The translations under genes and the position numbers were made by a program. The notes under the pieces are model-generated. The model was not told where the DNA came from. It did not search any database and saw only the letters and a program-made list of their open reading frames with translations. From Chthonomonadales bacterium (GTDB taxonomy: Bacteria; Armatimonadota; Chthonomonadetes; Chthonomonadales; CAJBBX01), in assembly GCA_049967475.1 (NCBI GenBank), contig JBMFSQ010000008.1:1-64000 (forward strand): a stretch of 64,000 bases of DNA, in the 5' to 3' direction. Positions 18,447-31,024 of this stretch are shown piece by piece. The first letter of the stretch is position 1; the number at the start of each line of letters is the position of its first letter.

Positions 18447-19652
18447 TTGGTAACGATTACGATGGCGCTCCGAGGGTTGAGCGCCAACAAATTGCGATCA
18501 TTCCTCACCATGCTAGGCGTGATCATCGGCGTGGGAGCCGTCATTATCGCCATCGCCATTGGGCAGGGTTCCCGTGAGGCGGTGGCGCAGTCCATACAGC
18601 GAATGGGTACGAACGTGCTCACGATCTTTCCCGGCCAGCAGCGGGCAGGCGGCGTGAGCTTCGGCTTCGGAAGTGTCAATACGCTCAAACTCGATGACGC
18701 CACGGCGATCCTTCGGGACTGCCCATCCGTTGCGCGCGTGTCTCCCCAGGTGAACCGGGGAGCTCAAGTGAAGGCTGGAGACAAGAACGACAGCACCACC
18801 ATCAATGGAACCGGTGAAGACTATCCCGTCATATCCAACCATCCCGTTGCGGAGGGCCGCTACTTCACGCAGGCCGAAGTCAAAGCCTTCAAGCGTGTCG
18901 CCGTTCTTGGCTCGACTACCGCGCAGGATCTTTTCGATCAGCAGTCGCCCGTCGGCAAGCGCATCCGCATCCGCGGCATTATGTTCGAGGTCATAGGGAG
19001 GCTCGTAGAGAAGGGCGGCATGGGCTTCCGCAATCCCGACGACGGAGTGTACGTACCGGTCACTACGGCAATGCGCCGGCTCTTCGGCTTGGAGAATGTG
19101 CAGACAATCACCTGCCAGGCACGCTCCGCAGACATGATGGACAAGGCGCAAGACGAGATAGACCAGGTACTGCGGAAGCGGCACAAACTTCCCTCTATGG
19201 GCGATGCCGATTTTCGCATCTTCAACCAGGCCGATCTCATCCAAACCCAAAACGAACAGCAAGACACCTTCTCGGCCCTGATCACCTATCTGGCGGTCGT
19301 GTCGTTGCTCGTGGGCGGCATCGGAATTATGAACATCATGCTCGTGTCGGTTACCGAGCGCACGCGCGAGATCGGTGTGCGGAAGGCCATCGGCGCAAAA
19401 AGGCGCAACATCCTGGCCCAGTTCCTATTGGAAGCCCTGTTCCTGTCCCTCACCGGAGGTCTGCTGGGGGTACTCTTCGGGTTGGCCGGCAGCTATTTCG
19501 TAGGACAAATCAACAACTGGACCATTGTGCAAAGCCCGCAAACGGTGATCCTGGCGTTCAGTTTTTCGGCACTTGTGGGCGTGTTCTTCGGTTTCTACCC
19601 GGCGCTCAAGGCGAGCAAACTCAATCCCATCGAGGCGCTGCGCTACGAGTAG
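18447..19652 (+). CDS. MacB/FtsX-type ABC transporter permease
   Basis: NKLRSFLTMLGVIIGV, VGGIGIMNIMLVSVTERTREIGVRKAIGA, YPALKASKLNPIEALRYE. Confidence 0.95.
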   Translation: MVTITMALRGLSANKLRSFLTMLGVIIGVGAVIIAIAIGQGSREAVAQSIQRMGTNVLTIFPGQQRAGGVSFGFGSVNTLKLDDATAILRDCPSVARVSPQVNRGAQVKAGDKNDSTTINGTGEDYPVISNHPVAEGRYFTQAEVKAFKRVAVLGSTTAQDLFDQQSPVGKRIRIRGIMFEVIGRLVEKGGMGFRNPDDGVYVPVTTAMRRLFGLENVQTITCQARSADMMDKAQDEIDQVLRKRHKLPSMGDADFRIFNQADLIQTQNEQQDTFSALITYLAVVSLLVGGIGIMNIMLVSVTERTREIGVRKAIGAKRRNILAQFLLEALFLSLTGGLLGVLFGLAGSYFVGQINNWTIVQSPQTVILAFSFSALVGVFFGFYPALKASKLNPIEALRYE

Positions 19653-19730
19653 CCCGGTGCGCCGGAGCACAAACAAAGTTCCGGGCGATCGGATCGCTTC
19701 CGGAGCTGTCACTTGAGAGAGGAGAGTACG

Positions 19731-20348
19731 ATGAAGAGGTTGTTAGGCACGGTTTTGCTCGGGGCCGTATTGAGTGCGGGGGCACCGGCAGCTTGGGCGC
19801 AGGGTCCCTTCGGCGGCATGCCCCCAGAAATCCAGGCCAAGATGAAAGCCTGGCAAAAATGGCGAGAGAACCACAAGCACATCACCCAGCTTCAACAAAC
19901 AATGATGGGCTTGCGAGCCATGGAAAGGGACCCCAAGACGCGCCTCACCAAGCCTCAGGCTCGCAACATCCTGAGTGTCATCAATGCCTGGCGGAACAAG
20001 CCCAAGATGACGGATGACCAGGCAGCCGCTGTGGTGAAGAAGCTTACGGCGGGGCTTACCCGCGATCAGCTTCTCGTGATTGCTACGACGCCCCAGTTCG
20101 GCCGCGGCGGGCGCGGATTCGGCGGCGGAATGCGGCCAGGCGGACCTGGAGGACCAGGTGGACCTGGAGGGGGCCCCAGGCCGGGTGGAGGTCCTCGGTT
20201 TGATCCTAGCCGCTTCCCGGATCCGCAGGACTATAATCCGCTGAACCCGGCCACCATGCCTTTTGCCAAGGCGAACCCGCAGATGGCCTCGCGCATCAAG
20301 CAAGGGATGGATGAATTCGTGAAGGCGCTGGAGGCGCGGGCGAAGTAG
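19731..20348 (+). CDS. Exported hypothetical protein with LTxxQ-like motifs and a Gly/Pro-rich linker
   Basis: Signal peptide ending AWA-Q; LTKPQ and LTRDQ; GGPGGPGGPGGGP tract. GAGGAG upstream of ATG 19731. Confidence 0.75.
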   Translation: MKRLLGTVLLGAVLSAGAPAAWAQGPFGGMPPEIQAKMKAWQKWRENHKHITQLQQTMMGLRAMERDPKTRLTKPQARNILSVINAWRNKPKMTDDQAAAVVKKLTAGLTRDQLLVIATTPQFGRGGRGFGGGMRPGGPGGPGGPGGGPRPGGGPRFDPSRFPDPQDYNPLNPATMPFAKANPQMASRIKQGMDEFVKALEARAK

Positions 20349-20598
20349 GAGCGAGGGCAGATACCTTAGGAGATCGCAGGCGCTTCATACGCGGCGGTAT
20401 CTTCCCTTGGCGCCGGCGGAAGGGCGAACGCCTCCCTCGAACGGTGAGCATCCGCCTGCTCCTAACCGGGAATATGCGTATGGGGCGCTTGCGTGCACGG
20501 GAGAAGCGATGCGCTTGACGGTGGCGCTGCAGTGCGACGGCTAACGCAGTGGCACAGGATTCGGCCGGCTTCACCGTTGCGATAGAAAGGAAATCATC

Positions 20599-21354
20599 AT
20601 GCCGGAACCACTCATCGAGGTTCGCGACCTTTGCAAGACGTATCGCATGGGCAAGATGGAGGTGCGCGCCCTGAGGCATGTAACGCTTACGATCCACCGC
20701 GGAGAATTCGTGGCGATCATGGGCCCGTCAGGCTCCGGCAAGTCCACCTTTATGAACCTCATTGGGTGTCTGGACAAGCCCACCTCGGGATCCTACAGGC
20801 TGGACGGCGTAGAGGTTGCCCGCCTCAACGACAACCAGCTTGCAGAGATACGCAACCGCAAGATCGGCTTCGTATTCCAGACGTTCAATCTGTTACCGCG
20901 CACGTCGGCCATTCGGAATGTGGAGCTCCCCATGCTGTACAGCGGAGGCAGGAACCGCGAGGAGGTTGCCAGGCGCTGCCTGGAATCGGTTGGGTTGGGA
21001 GACCGCCTGCACCACAAGCCCAATGAACTTTCGGGCGGCCAGCAGCAGCGCGTTGCCATCGCGAGGGCACTGGTGAATGACCCTCCGATACTCTTCGGCG
21101 ACGAACCTACGGGAAACTTGGACACGCGGACGGGTGAGGAGATTATGGCGATCTTCCAGCGCCTCAATCGCCAGGGTAAGACGGTCGTCATCGTGACGCA
21201 CGAGCAGGATATTGCTGAGCATGCCAAGCGCATCATCCGTTTTAAGGATGGGCACCTGGTGGGCGATGAACTGGTTCCCAACCCTGTGGACGCGGAACAG
21301 CGCTTGGCTTCCATGCGGCCGGAGGAAGAGGAAGAGGAAGTCGTTCCGGTATGA
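20599..21354 (+). CDS. ABC transporter ATP-binding protein (MacB/LolD type)
   Basis: [47 protein letters not shown]. Confidence 0.97.
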   Translation: MPEPLIEVRDLCKTYRMGKMEVRALRHVTLTIHRGEFVAIMGPSGSGKSTFMNLIGCLDKPTSGSYRLDGVEVARLNDNQLAEIRNRKIGFVFQTFNLLPRTSAIRNVELPMLYSGGRNREEVARRCLESVGLGDRLHHKPNELSGGQQQRVAIARALVNDPPILFGDEPTGNLDTRTGEEIMAIFQRLNRQGKTVVIVTHEQDIAEHAKRIIRFKDGHLVGDELVPNPVDAEQRLASMRPEEEEEEVVPV

Positions 21355-21463
21355 GCCGGCATTCCGCGCGATACGCCCGTCTCTTGGAGCACATGGGTGG
21401 CCGTGTCGCACCGCCGGAGACACAACAATGGGGCTGGATGCAGGGATCCGGCCCCACGCTTGT

Positions 21464-23494
21464 TTATGGCCACGGGAATGCGGGCGTGGGGGTACGCCAG
21501 AAGAGCGAGGGAAGCGTCCAGAGTACAGCCATCGTAAACTCTCCGAGCACCATCCCTAGGAAGAACGGGCGGGCCTGGGCGAAAAGGCGCATGCCTCCGT
21601 ATCGCAGGATCACCACCTTGCACAGCCACGCCACAAAGCATGAAAACCAAAACACCATCATCGTCCAGCTTCCGCAGAGGGCATAGCCTAGGGGATGTAG
21701 AGGAAACCACAGCAATCGAGTGCGCAAGGTTACGATGGCCAGGGTCCCAACGATGCCGATCAGGAAATTGAGGCGGTCTATCCAGGGAAGAGGCGGTCGA
21801 GAGTTATTGAGCACCGTGGCCGCGTCATTGAAGCTCCACACCGGGTTGCCCTGATAGACGTACCAGTACATCTGCACGGCCCCGATTTTGTACGGGAGTA
21901 CAACCTGGAGCGTCCCCGCCACGAGGATCGCTATAACGATGCCGAGCGCAAACACCGGCAGGAGGGAACTTCTCCGTACGCGCGCTCCGTCGGCCAGTTT
22001 CATGGAGTCTAGAAACCCGGTCAGCACGAGACCTCGTTGATCCCTCATCCACAAGGCGTCTAAGAACGCCATGGCTGTAAGATTGGACCCTCCCAAGCGG
22101 CGCACGTCGCCCAACATCCGGTAGACGTCTACGGGGCGAAAGCATGTCTCGGTCATCAACATTCCTGACTCACTCGTAGAACGGGCCATCAAGAGAGCAA
22201 TCACGAACACCAAGATGGTAAGCTCGAAGAGAGCCAACCACCACGTCATGCCGAGCAGGCTCATCCACACCACGGCAAGGAGCAGGCAGGCAGCAAGACC
22301 CCAGGCAGCCACGGGATAGGGAAGGAGTTCGTCGTCTGTGTTCGTTCTGCTTCTTGGAGCAAAGGCACTGCTTAGGATGCGGGCGAGGTGGGGCCTGGCC
22401 GCCCATACTGCGTAACCTACGAGCACGAAGTAACAGCCCATGATTTGGTAGCCGATGTATTCCCGCTCGCCGTACATAGGCATTACCTGGGGTTGGTAGC
22501 CCAACATGAAGGATATGGCGTCTGCAACATGGGTCATCAGATAGAAGAACCAGAGCGAGAAAAGGAGATCGGTGGGCAGCAGGTAGAAGAACCCGACGGC
22601 AGCGAAGGACACGTACACGTGAAAGAACAGCAGGTTGTTCCACGGCGGTGTCTGGAAGAACTGGTTGATGTTGATGTCGGTCGTGATCTCCGGAAAACTG
22701 GGATACCACTGGTGCAGTCCGTTGAAGCCAAAGACGATTGCCGGGATCGCGATGCCGATCCACGTCACCCGGTTCCTAAGAAAGCTTCCACCCACGTCGG
22801 TGCGCATCATCTCCAGAGGAAGCTGTGTGAGGGGGAATGCAAGGCGCTCGTTGTCTGCCCATTGCTTACGAAGGAGTACGGCAAGGCACAAGTAAACGCC
22901 GAACATCAGTGCGACGAATACCGCCCACGCCGAAAGTGGGCCGATCCACGCGTGCCAGGGGATGGTCTCGCCGGGTTTCAGACTGTCGTAGAAGCGCTCG
23001 GCTACCGGTTGTTGAGGTGGGCCGTGCGGATCCCAGGGTACAGCCCAGCGTTTGATCCACGGGAAGAAGAGGTTTTGCCAGTTGTTGGCGGCATTGGCGT
23101 TATAGTTGGGTACCACCAGAAGCGGAATGAGCTTCTCCAGGAGCCCTCGCGAAGAGATCATGGACGCGAGGAGGCAGAGTACGTAGATGGTAAAGAGCTC
23201 GTGGGGTGCCAGCGCGAAGCGGGCTCCGATGCGCCGGAGACCAGTCTGGATGCCCAAGATGATCACGAGGAACCCTACGACTACCGGGGGAAGTTGCAAG
23301 AACCCGATTTGGATCTTGCCCACGACGAGTTCCGCAAATGTGACGGTTGTGCAGGTAATGGCCACACAAACGAAACCGACGGCCACGCCCCGCCAGGATA
23401 GCGCACTCACCGCGCTCGCAGCCTTGGCTGGGACCTGAAGCGATCGGTTTGAGGCATCTGCTTCGCCTATCTGCTTCTGCCGGCCGGGAAGCAT
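21464..23494 (-). CDS. Polytopic membrane protein, DUF6785-like putative transporter
   Basis: About 670 aa with many TM segments; motifs WxxWxxPL, RKQWADNERLAFPLTQLP, FSLWFF, ESG, WFPLHPLGY, RYGG..LF..ARPFFLGMVLGE. Family assigned from memory of these motifs. Confidence 0.7.
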   Translation of the reverse strand: MLPGRQKQIGEADASNRSLQVPAKAASAVSALSWRGVAVGFVCVAITCTTVTFAELVVGKIQIGFLQLPPVVVGFLVIILGIQTGLRRIGARFALAPHELFTIYVLCLLASMISSRGLLEKLIPLLVVPNYNANAANNWQNLFFPWIKRWAVPWDPHGPPQQPVAERFYDSLKPGETIPWHAWIGPLSAWAVFVALMFGVYLCLAVLLRKQWADNERLAFPLTQLPLEMMRTDVGGSFLRNRVTWIGIAIPAIVFGFNGLHQWYPSFPEITTDININQFFQTPPWNNLLFFHVYVSFAAVGFFYLLPTDLLFSLWFFYLMTHVADAISFMLGYQPQVMPMYGEREYIGYQIMGCYFVLVGYAVWAARPHLARILSSAFAPRSRTNTDDELLPYPVAAWGLAACLLLAVVWMSLLGMTWWLALFELTILVFVIALLMARSTSESGMLMTETCFRPVDVYRMLGDVRRLGGSNLTAMAFLDALWMRDQRGLVLTGFLDSMKLADGARVRRSSLLPVFALGIVIAILVAGTLQVVLPYKIGAVQMYWYVYQGNPVWSFNDAATVLNNSRPPLPWIDRLNFLIGIVGTLAIVTLRTRLLWFPLHPLGYALCGSWTMMVFWFSCFVAWLCKVVILRYGGMRLFAQARPFFLGMVLGEFTMAVLWTLPSLFWRTPTPAFPWP

Positions 23495-23858
23495 GGTGTC
23501 CCCCTCGCTGCAGCAATATCTGTCATCCGTCAATACCTGCGAATGTTTTGCGTCGTTTGCAGGCTATTGTCGCCGGTGGCCGTTCGTTTGCCGGGAGCCC
23601 GATCATTTCCGCCTCGGGCAAATGCCTCTTCGGAGCCGCACGTCGCGGCCGGCGTGCCCCGCTTGCGCCTGCCCCCGTTCTGCCGCGGGGCGTGCGGAAC
23701 GGGTTTCACGGCGTTTGCTCGAGAGGCACTTCCAAACGCGCCGTCGCTGTTGGAGCGCCGTGTGCGCAGGTGCCTCTTAGAGGCCGTCCGGATGCCTTAG
23801 GCAAGGAGCCGCCATTACAGAGCAGGCAGGCCCCATGGACTTCATCAAGGATGATGCG

Positions 23859-24983
23859 TCACAGTTGCTGGAAGGTAGTTCGCAGCGTCTGCACTTGGCC
23901 GGTGTCTGCGGAGCGGTACCCGGCTTCGATAATCTCGATTACGTGGCGTGCATGTTCGGGCGTGGCAGGTGTGGGGATGCCCTCGCGAACGAGATCTACC
24001 AACTGCATAATATCTTCGAAAACGTGTGCTTCGCCCATTTCGCGATGCTGCCCCTTGACGTGAGGCAGCAATACCTGATCCCCTTGAGCCGCCGCGCGAG
24101 CCTCTTCACGGCCGGGGTAATCAAAGGGCTGACCGTTGAGTTCCAGCCCTACGATGCTGCCCTTTTGCCCGAAGAAGCTGGGCATACCGAACGGGGCCAC
24201 CATCCCTGCGAATGTGCCGTATACGAAGGCGAAGACGGCATCCCCGAAATCCACGCACAGGAGGGTGTTGTCGTGGGCATCGCACGGATAGGTGCGGCCT
24301 CGGAACACGCGCTCCTTGATGGACACTGCGGAAAGCGCGGTAACCCGTTTCGCAGGACCCAGAATACCTGTGAGGGCATGGAGGCCGTAGACCGTCATAT
24401 CGTAGAGCGGTCCGCCGCCGGGCGTGCGCCAGTACCACGTCGGGTCAATGTTGTGCAGGGGATCGTCGCCCTGGCGCACGTTTTCATTCTCGTGGTACGC
24501 GCCGAAGGCGGCACCTGTTACCGCCCATGAGATCTTGCCCAACACGCCCTCCCGGATCATCTCACGGATCCTGCGATTGTGCGGTCGGAGCATTTGACCT
24601 GGCGAGGCTACCAGGTGCACGCGGTGGTTTTGGGCTTCGGCGATCAGGTGATCCGCTTCGGAAGCAGTTACCGTCATCGTTTTGTTGAAGTGAACATGTT
24701 TACCCGCGCGCACGGCCTTGATGCCTTGCTCGTAATGAATTCCGATGGGGGTGCAAAGGGTCACGGCGTCCACGTCGCCTTGTGCGAGCATCTGTTCATA
24801 ATCTTCGAAGGCCTCGGGCACGCCGTATTTGGCGGCGGCTGCCTGCGCTCGGCCAGGCGCCGGGTCGCAAACTGCGGTAACCCGCACTCTGTCTTGCACG
24901 TCGGGCAAAGTGAGATGGTCCAGGGCGCCGCGTATGCCGATGCTGCCGCATCCTACGACGCCGATCTTGACGGGGCCGGCCAT
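23859..24983 (-). CDS. Gfo/Idh/MocA family oxidoreductase
   Basis: IGVVGCGSIG Rossmann motif, DAVTLCTP, GKHVHFNKTM, GGGPLYDMTVY. AAGGAG upstream. Confidence 0.93.
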   Translation of the reverse strand: MAGPVKIGVVGCGSIGIRGALDHLTLPDVQDRVRVTAVCDPAPGRAQAAAAKYGVPEAFEDYEQMLAQGDVDAVTLCTPIGIHYEQGIKAVRAGKHVHFNKTMTVTASEADHLIAEAQNHRVHLVASPGQMLRPHNRRIREMIREGVLGKISWAVTGAAFGAYHENENVRQGDDPLHNIDPTWYWRTPGGGPLYDMTVYGLHALTGILGPAKRVTALSAVSIKERVFRGRTYPCDAHDNTLLCVDFGDAVFAFVYGTFAGMVAPFGMPSFFGQKGSIVGLELNGQPFDYPGREEARAAAQGDQVLLPHVKGQHREMGEAHVFEDIMQLVDLVREGIPTPATPEHARHVIEIIEAGYRSADTGQVQTLRTTFQQL

Positions 24984-25012
24984 GGTTGCTCCTTAAGCGT
25001 GTCGGTTACACC

Positions 25013-25882
25013 TCAGACGTCGCAGAGAGTAATGGCTTCCTTGAGAGACGTCATAGGATCACGCCGGGGTATGAATTCGTGGGCCACGAAGCCTTGGAAG
25101 CCTACGGCTGCGATCGTCTGCATCACGCGCGGGTAGTTAATCTCCTGCGTTTGGTCTATCTCATTTCGGCCTGGGACGCCTCCGGTATGGAAATGCGCGA
25201 TGTACTGGATGTTCTGCTGGATGGTGTCGCACAGGTCGCCTTCCATGATCTGCATATGGTAGATGTCGTAAAGGAGCTTCATTCTGTTGGAACCGATGCG
25301 CTTGCACAGTTCCACACCCCAGGCGGAATGGTCGCACTGGTAGTCGTGATGATCCCGTTTGCTGTTCAGGAGCTCCATGCAGAGGGTCACGCCCAGATCT
25401 TCGGCCAGTTTGATGATGCGCCGGATGCCCTTCTCGCAATTGGCGAGCCCCTCGGCATCGGAGATGCCTCTACGGTTGCCCGAGAAGATGATCATGTTGG
25501 GGCACCCTGCCTGCTTTACCAAGGGAAGCAACCGTTCGGCCTCACGCACGAGGCGGTCATGGTTGGCAATGGTATTCCATCCGTCTGCGATGCCGCCCGG
25601 ACCGTTGGCCATAGAGCAGATGAGCCCATGCTTGGCCACGACTGGCCACTCGTTCTCGCTCAAGAGGTCTATCGCCGTTAGTCCCATCGCCTTTGCGTTG
25701 GCGGCAAGGTCGTCTAAGGACATTCGGCCATAGCACCATCGGCATACGGACTGTTTGATGCGCCCCTTGAGGGCGGGTGTCTGCGAAGTAGCGCTTCCTT
25801 CCGCACCGAGCATCATCCCAACAGCGCCGGCGGCAGCTCCCAACATCGTGCGCCGGGACACGCGTACCGGTTCTCTTGCCAT
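25013..25882 (-). CDS. Tat-exported hydroxypyruvate isomerase/xylose isomerase-like TIM barrel protein
   Basis: Twin-arginine signal SRRTML; ELLNS, LLYDIYHMQIMEGD, HFHTGGVPGRNE, HEFIP. GAGGAGG upstream. Confidence 0.85.
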   Translation of the reverse strand: MAREPVRVSRRTMLGAAAGAVGMMLGAEGSATSQTPALKGRIKQSVCRWCYGRMSLDDLAANAKAMGLTAIDLLSENEWPVVAKHGLICSMANGPGGIADGWNTIANHDRLVREAERLLPLVKQAGCPNMIIFSGNRRGISDAEGLANCEKGIRRIIKLAEDLGVTLCMELLNSKRDHHDYQCDHSAWGVELCKRIGSNRMKLLYDIYHMQIMEGDLCDTIQQNIQYIAHFHTGGVPGRNEIDQTQEINYPRVMQTIAAVGFQGFVAHEFIPRRDPMTSLKEAITLCDV

Positions 25883-26144
25883 CTGTTGACCTCCTCTTTC
25901 ACTCTGACCAGCCTGCATGGGCGGCTTCACCGTGGGCATCCCTCGGCTGAAAGCGCGTCCCGCGAACCTGTAGGTAGTTCAGAACCATGCATTCTTCTAT
26001 TAACTACGGGCCCGGCTCTTCCCTTCATTTGCAAGGCGCGTGGGAACGCACACAGCGTCGCCAAGCGCATGCTTCGGCCGGCCATTCAACGCCGGGCAAT
26101 TATCGTTGCCTGCATCAACCACCGGCCCGGCGGGGCAACGTGCA

Positions 26145-29395
<3,251 letters not shown>

Positions 29396-29630
29396 CATAT
29401 TCTGCATGAGAGGTGCGTGCCTAGAGCTGCATTCGGAGCAGCTTTTGGCAGGAAATGCGCGCAATGAGCGCGAAGTGATGCGCAAACGGGCAGCTCGCCG
29501 GCGCCGGCCGATGCAGGCATCTCCGGCGCCAGGTCTGTGTGCGCGTAGGAAGCGGTGTCGAGCCCCACGGCATGCTCGATAGGACCGGCGCGGGGCAAAG
29601 CGGCGCCCAGTTCCATGGCGGGGGAGAGCG

Positions 29631-30434
29631 ATGGGCGAGGATCCAATGGGCATGGGGGGTGCCCAAGGTGCTCATCCGGCAGATAAGAGTGTCGGGCAGC
29701 CGCCTGGCGCAGGCGCCGGAAGCCGTGCAGGATCCGGCATTCCGGTGTCGAGTCGAGGTCCCGGGATGATGCAGAACCCAAGGCAGCCGGCCTTTGGACC
29801 AGCGCCTGCACCGCCGCGGCGGCTATGGCGGCTCGTTGCTGCCGGCGGCATAGTCACAGCAGTCCTCCTTGCATGGGGGATGATGCGGAGCGCCGGCACG
29901 GGCGGCTCGATGTTGCTGGCGCCATGGTCTACCGCTGCAGCGCCTGTGAAACCGGGCCTCGTTGCTCCGGAAAGGGCCAGGGCGGGCAGGGCAGTTCCTG
30001 GAACGCGGACACCTCCTGCATCGCCGGCAGCCGCACCGTGGAACCCTACTGCGATCTATTCGTCGCCTGCTTCACCGCCCCCAGCCTCGCCCACAGAGCG
30101 CCCAGGCAATGAAGCTCCTTCAGCATCGGGGATGTTCACCGAGCGACCAAGCGCTTTGGAGACCCCCACCGTCAGGATCCGGAACGACACTTCGGATATC
30201 CTGACCCTTACCCTGATAGGAAGCGATGGGCGCGCCTACCAACTGGCAGTCCCTCCGTTCGGTGTGAACAGCATGCAGGTTCCTGCCGGCCAATACGCCG
30301 CAGAAGTTTCGGGTCTCGATCCGAATGTGCATCCGGCTATCGGAGATGCTACATTCCGGAAGCGTCACGAATACGAGGACACGTTCATCACAGTGCCGCG
30401 CGGTTTTGCCGGACCGCTTCACATGGGTGACTAG
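29631..30434 (+). CDS. Hypothetical membrane-anchored protein with a Pro/Ala-rich stalk and a C-terminal beta domain
   Basis: Single TM (LVAAGGIVTAVLLAWGM), PA-rich linker, beta-rich C-terminus. GGGGAG upstream; in-frame stop at 29580. Confidence 0.6.
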   Translation: MGEDPMGMGGAQGAHPADKSVGQPPGAGAGSRAGSGIPVSSRGPGMMQNPRQPAFGPAPAPPRRLWRLVAAGGIVTAVLLAWGMMRSAGTGGSMLLAPWSTAAAPVKPGLVAPERARAGRAVPGTRTPPASPAAAPWNPTAIYSSPASPPPASPTERPGNEAPSASGMFTERPSALETPTVRIRNDTSDILTLTLIGSDGRAYQLAVPPFGVNSMQVPAGQYAAEVSGLDPNVHPAIGDATFRKRHEYEDTFITVPRGFAGPLHMGD

Positions 30435-30446
30435 ACCCGGCAGCAG

Positions 30447-30890
30447 CTAGAGGTCGCGCCGCCACAGCCGCTGGGCGACGCGCCGCCTGAGAGAGCGCAA
30501 CTGGGCTTTCTGATCGGGCGTAAGCGTGTCCCGGATTGTCCGCAGCACCTTCAGGCGCAAGGCCTGCAGCCGCTCGCGCTTCTGCGCCGGGGTTAGGGCG
30601 GTGTTGAGGCAGATGGCGCGCCTCTCGGCCCAAGCTGCTCGCACCTGTGTCCTTATTTGACGCCTCTGCTGGGGCGTTAGGTGGAGAGCCCGGGCAACCC
30701 GTCGAAGTATGAGACGGCGGTGCAGCGCTCTAGTTTGCCACAGCCTGCCGCGGATCGCGTGCTGCGCGCGGCTGCGCATGTGGGCGGGCGGCCGCGGCGC
30801 CGTACCTTGCGCGGCTGGAGACTGGGTTTGTGCTGTCGCCGGCAGCGCAACAAGGGCCCATGCAAGTGCGATGGCCGAATGTGCCTTCAT
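30447..30890 (-). CDS. Spy/CpxP-like periplasmic protein with LTxxQ motifs, very Arg-rich
   Basis: Signal peptide ending ATA-Q; LTPQQ, LTPAQ, LTPDQ. GGGAGG upstream. Confidence 0.75.
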   Translation of the reverse strand: MKAHSAIALAWALVALPATAQTQSPAAQGTAPRPPAHMRSRAQHAIRGRLWQTRALHRRLILRRVARALHLTPQQRRQIRTQVRAAWAERRAICLNTALTPAQKRERLQALRLKVLRTIRDTLTPDQKAQLRSLRRRVAQRLWRRDL

Positions 30891-30929
30891 AGGATCCTCC
30901 CTTGGAATACCGCTTGGAACGCCACCAAA

Positions 30930-30958
30930 TCAGACGCATGGAAGCGCCGCAGGTTCGG
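30930..30958 (-). promoter_or_regulatory. ECF sigma-type promoter (CCGAAC-N16-CGTCTGA) for the Spy-like gene
   Basis: Minus strand reads CCGAAC ctgcggcgcttccatg CGTCTGA, 40 nt upstream of the start codon. Confidence 0.5.
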
Positions 30959-31024
30959 ATGCAGGAATGATTGGCACCGGCGCCCAACAGTCCGTTACGA
31001 CATCCGTTTGTAGGATTGGGCGCC

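Noticed and set aside
20100..20200. Short tandem GGA/CCT/GGT repeats
   Set aside because: They encode the GGP linker of a protein; there are no constant repeats with unique spacers, so this is not a CRISPR array.
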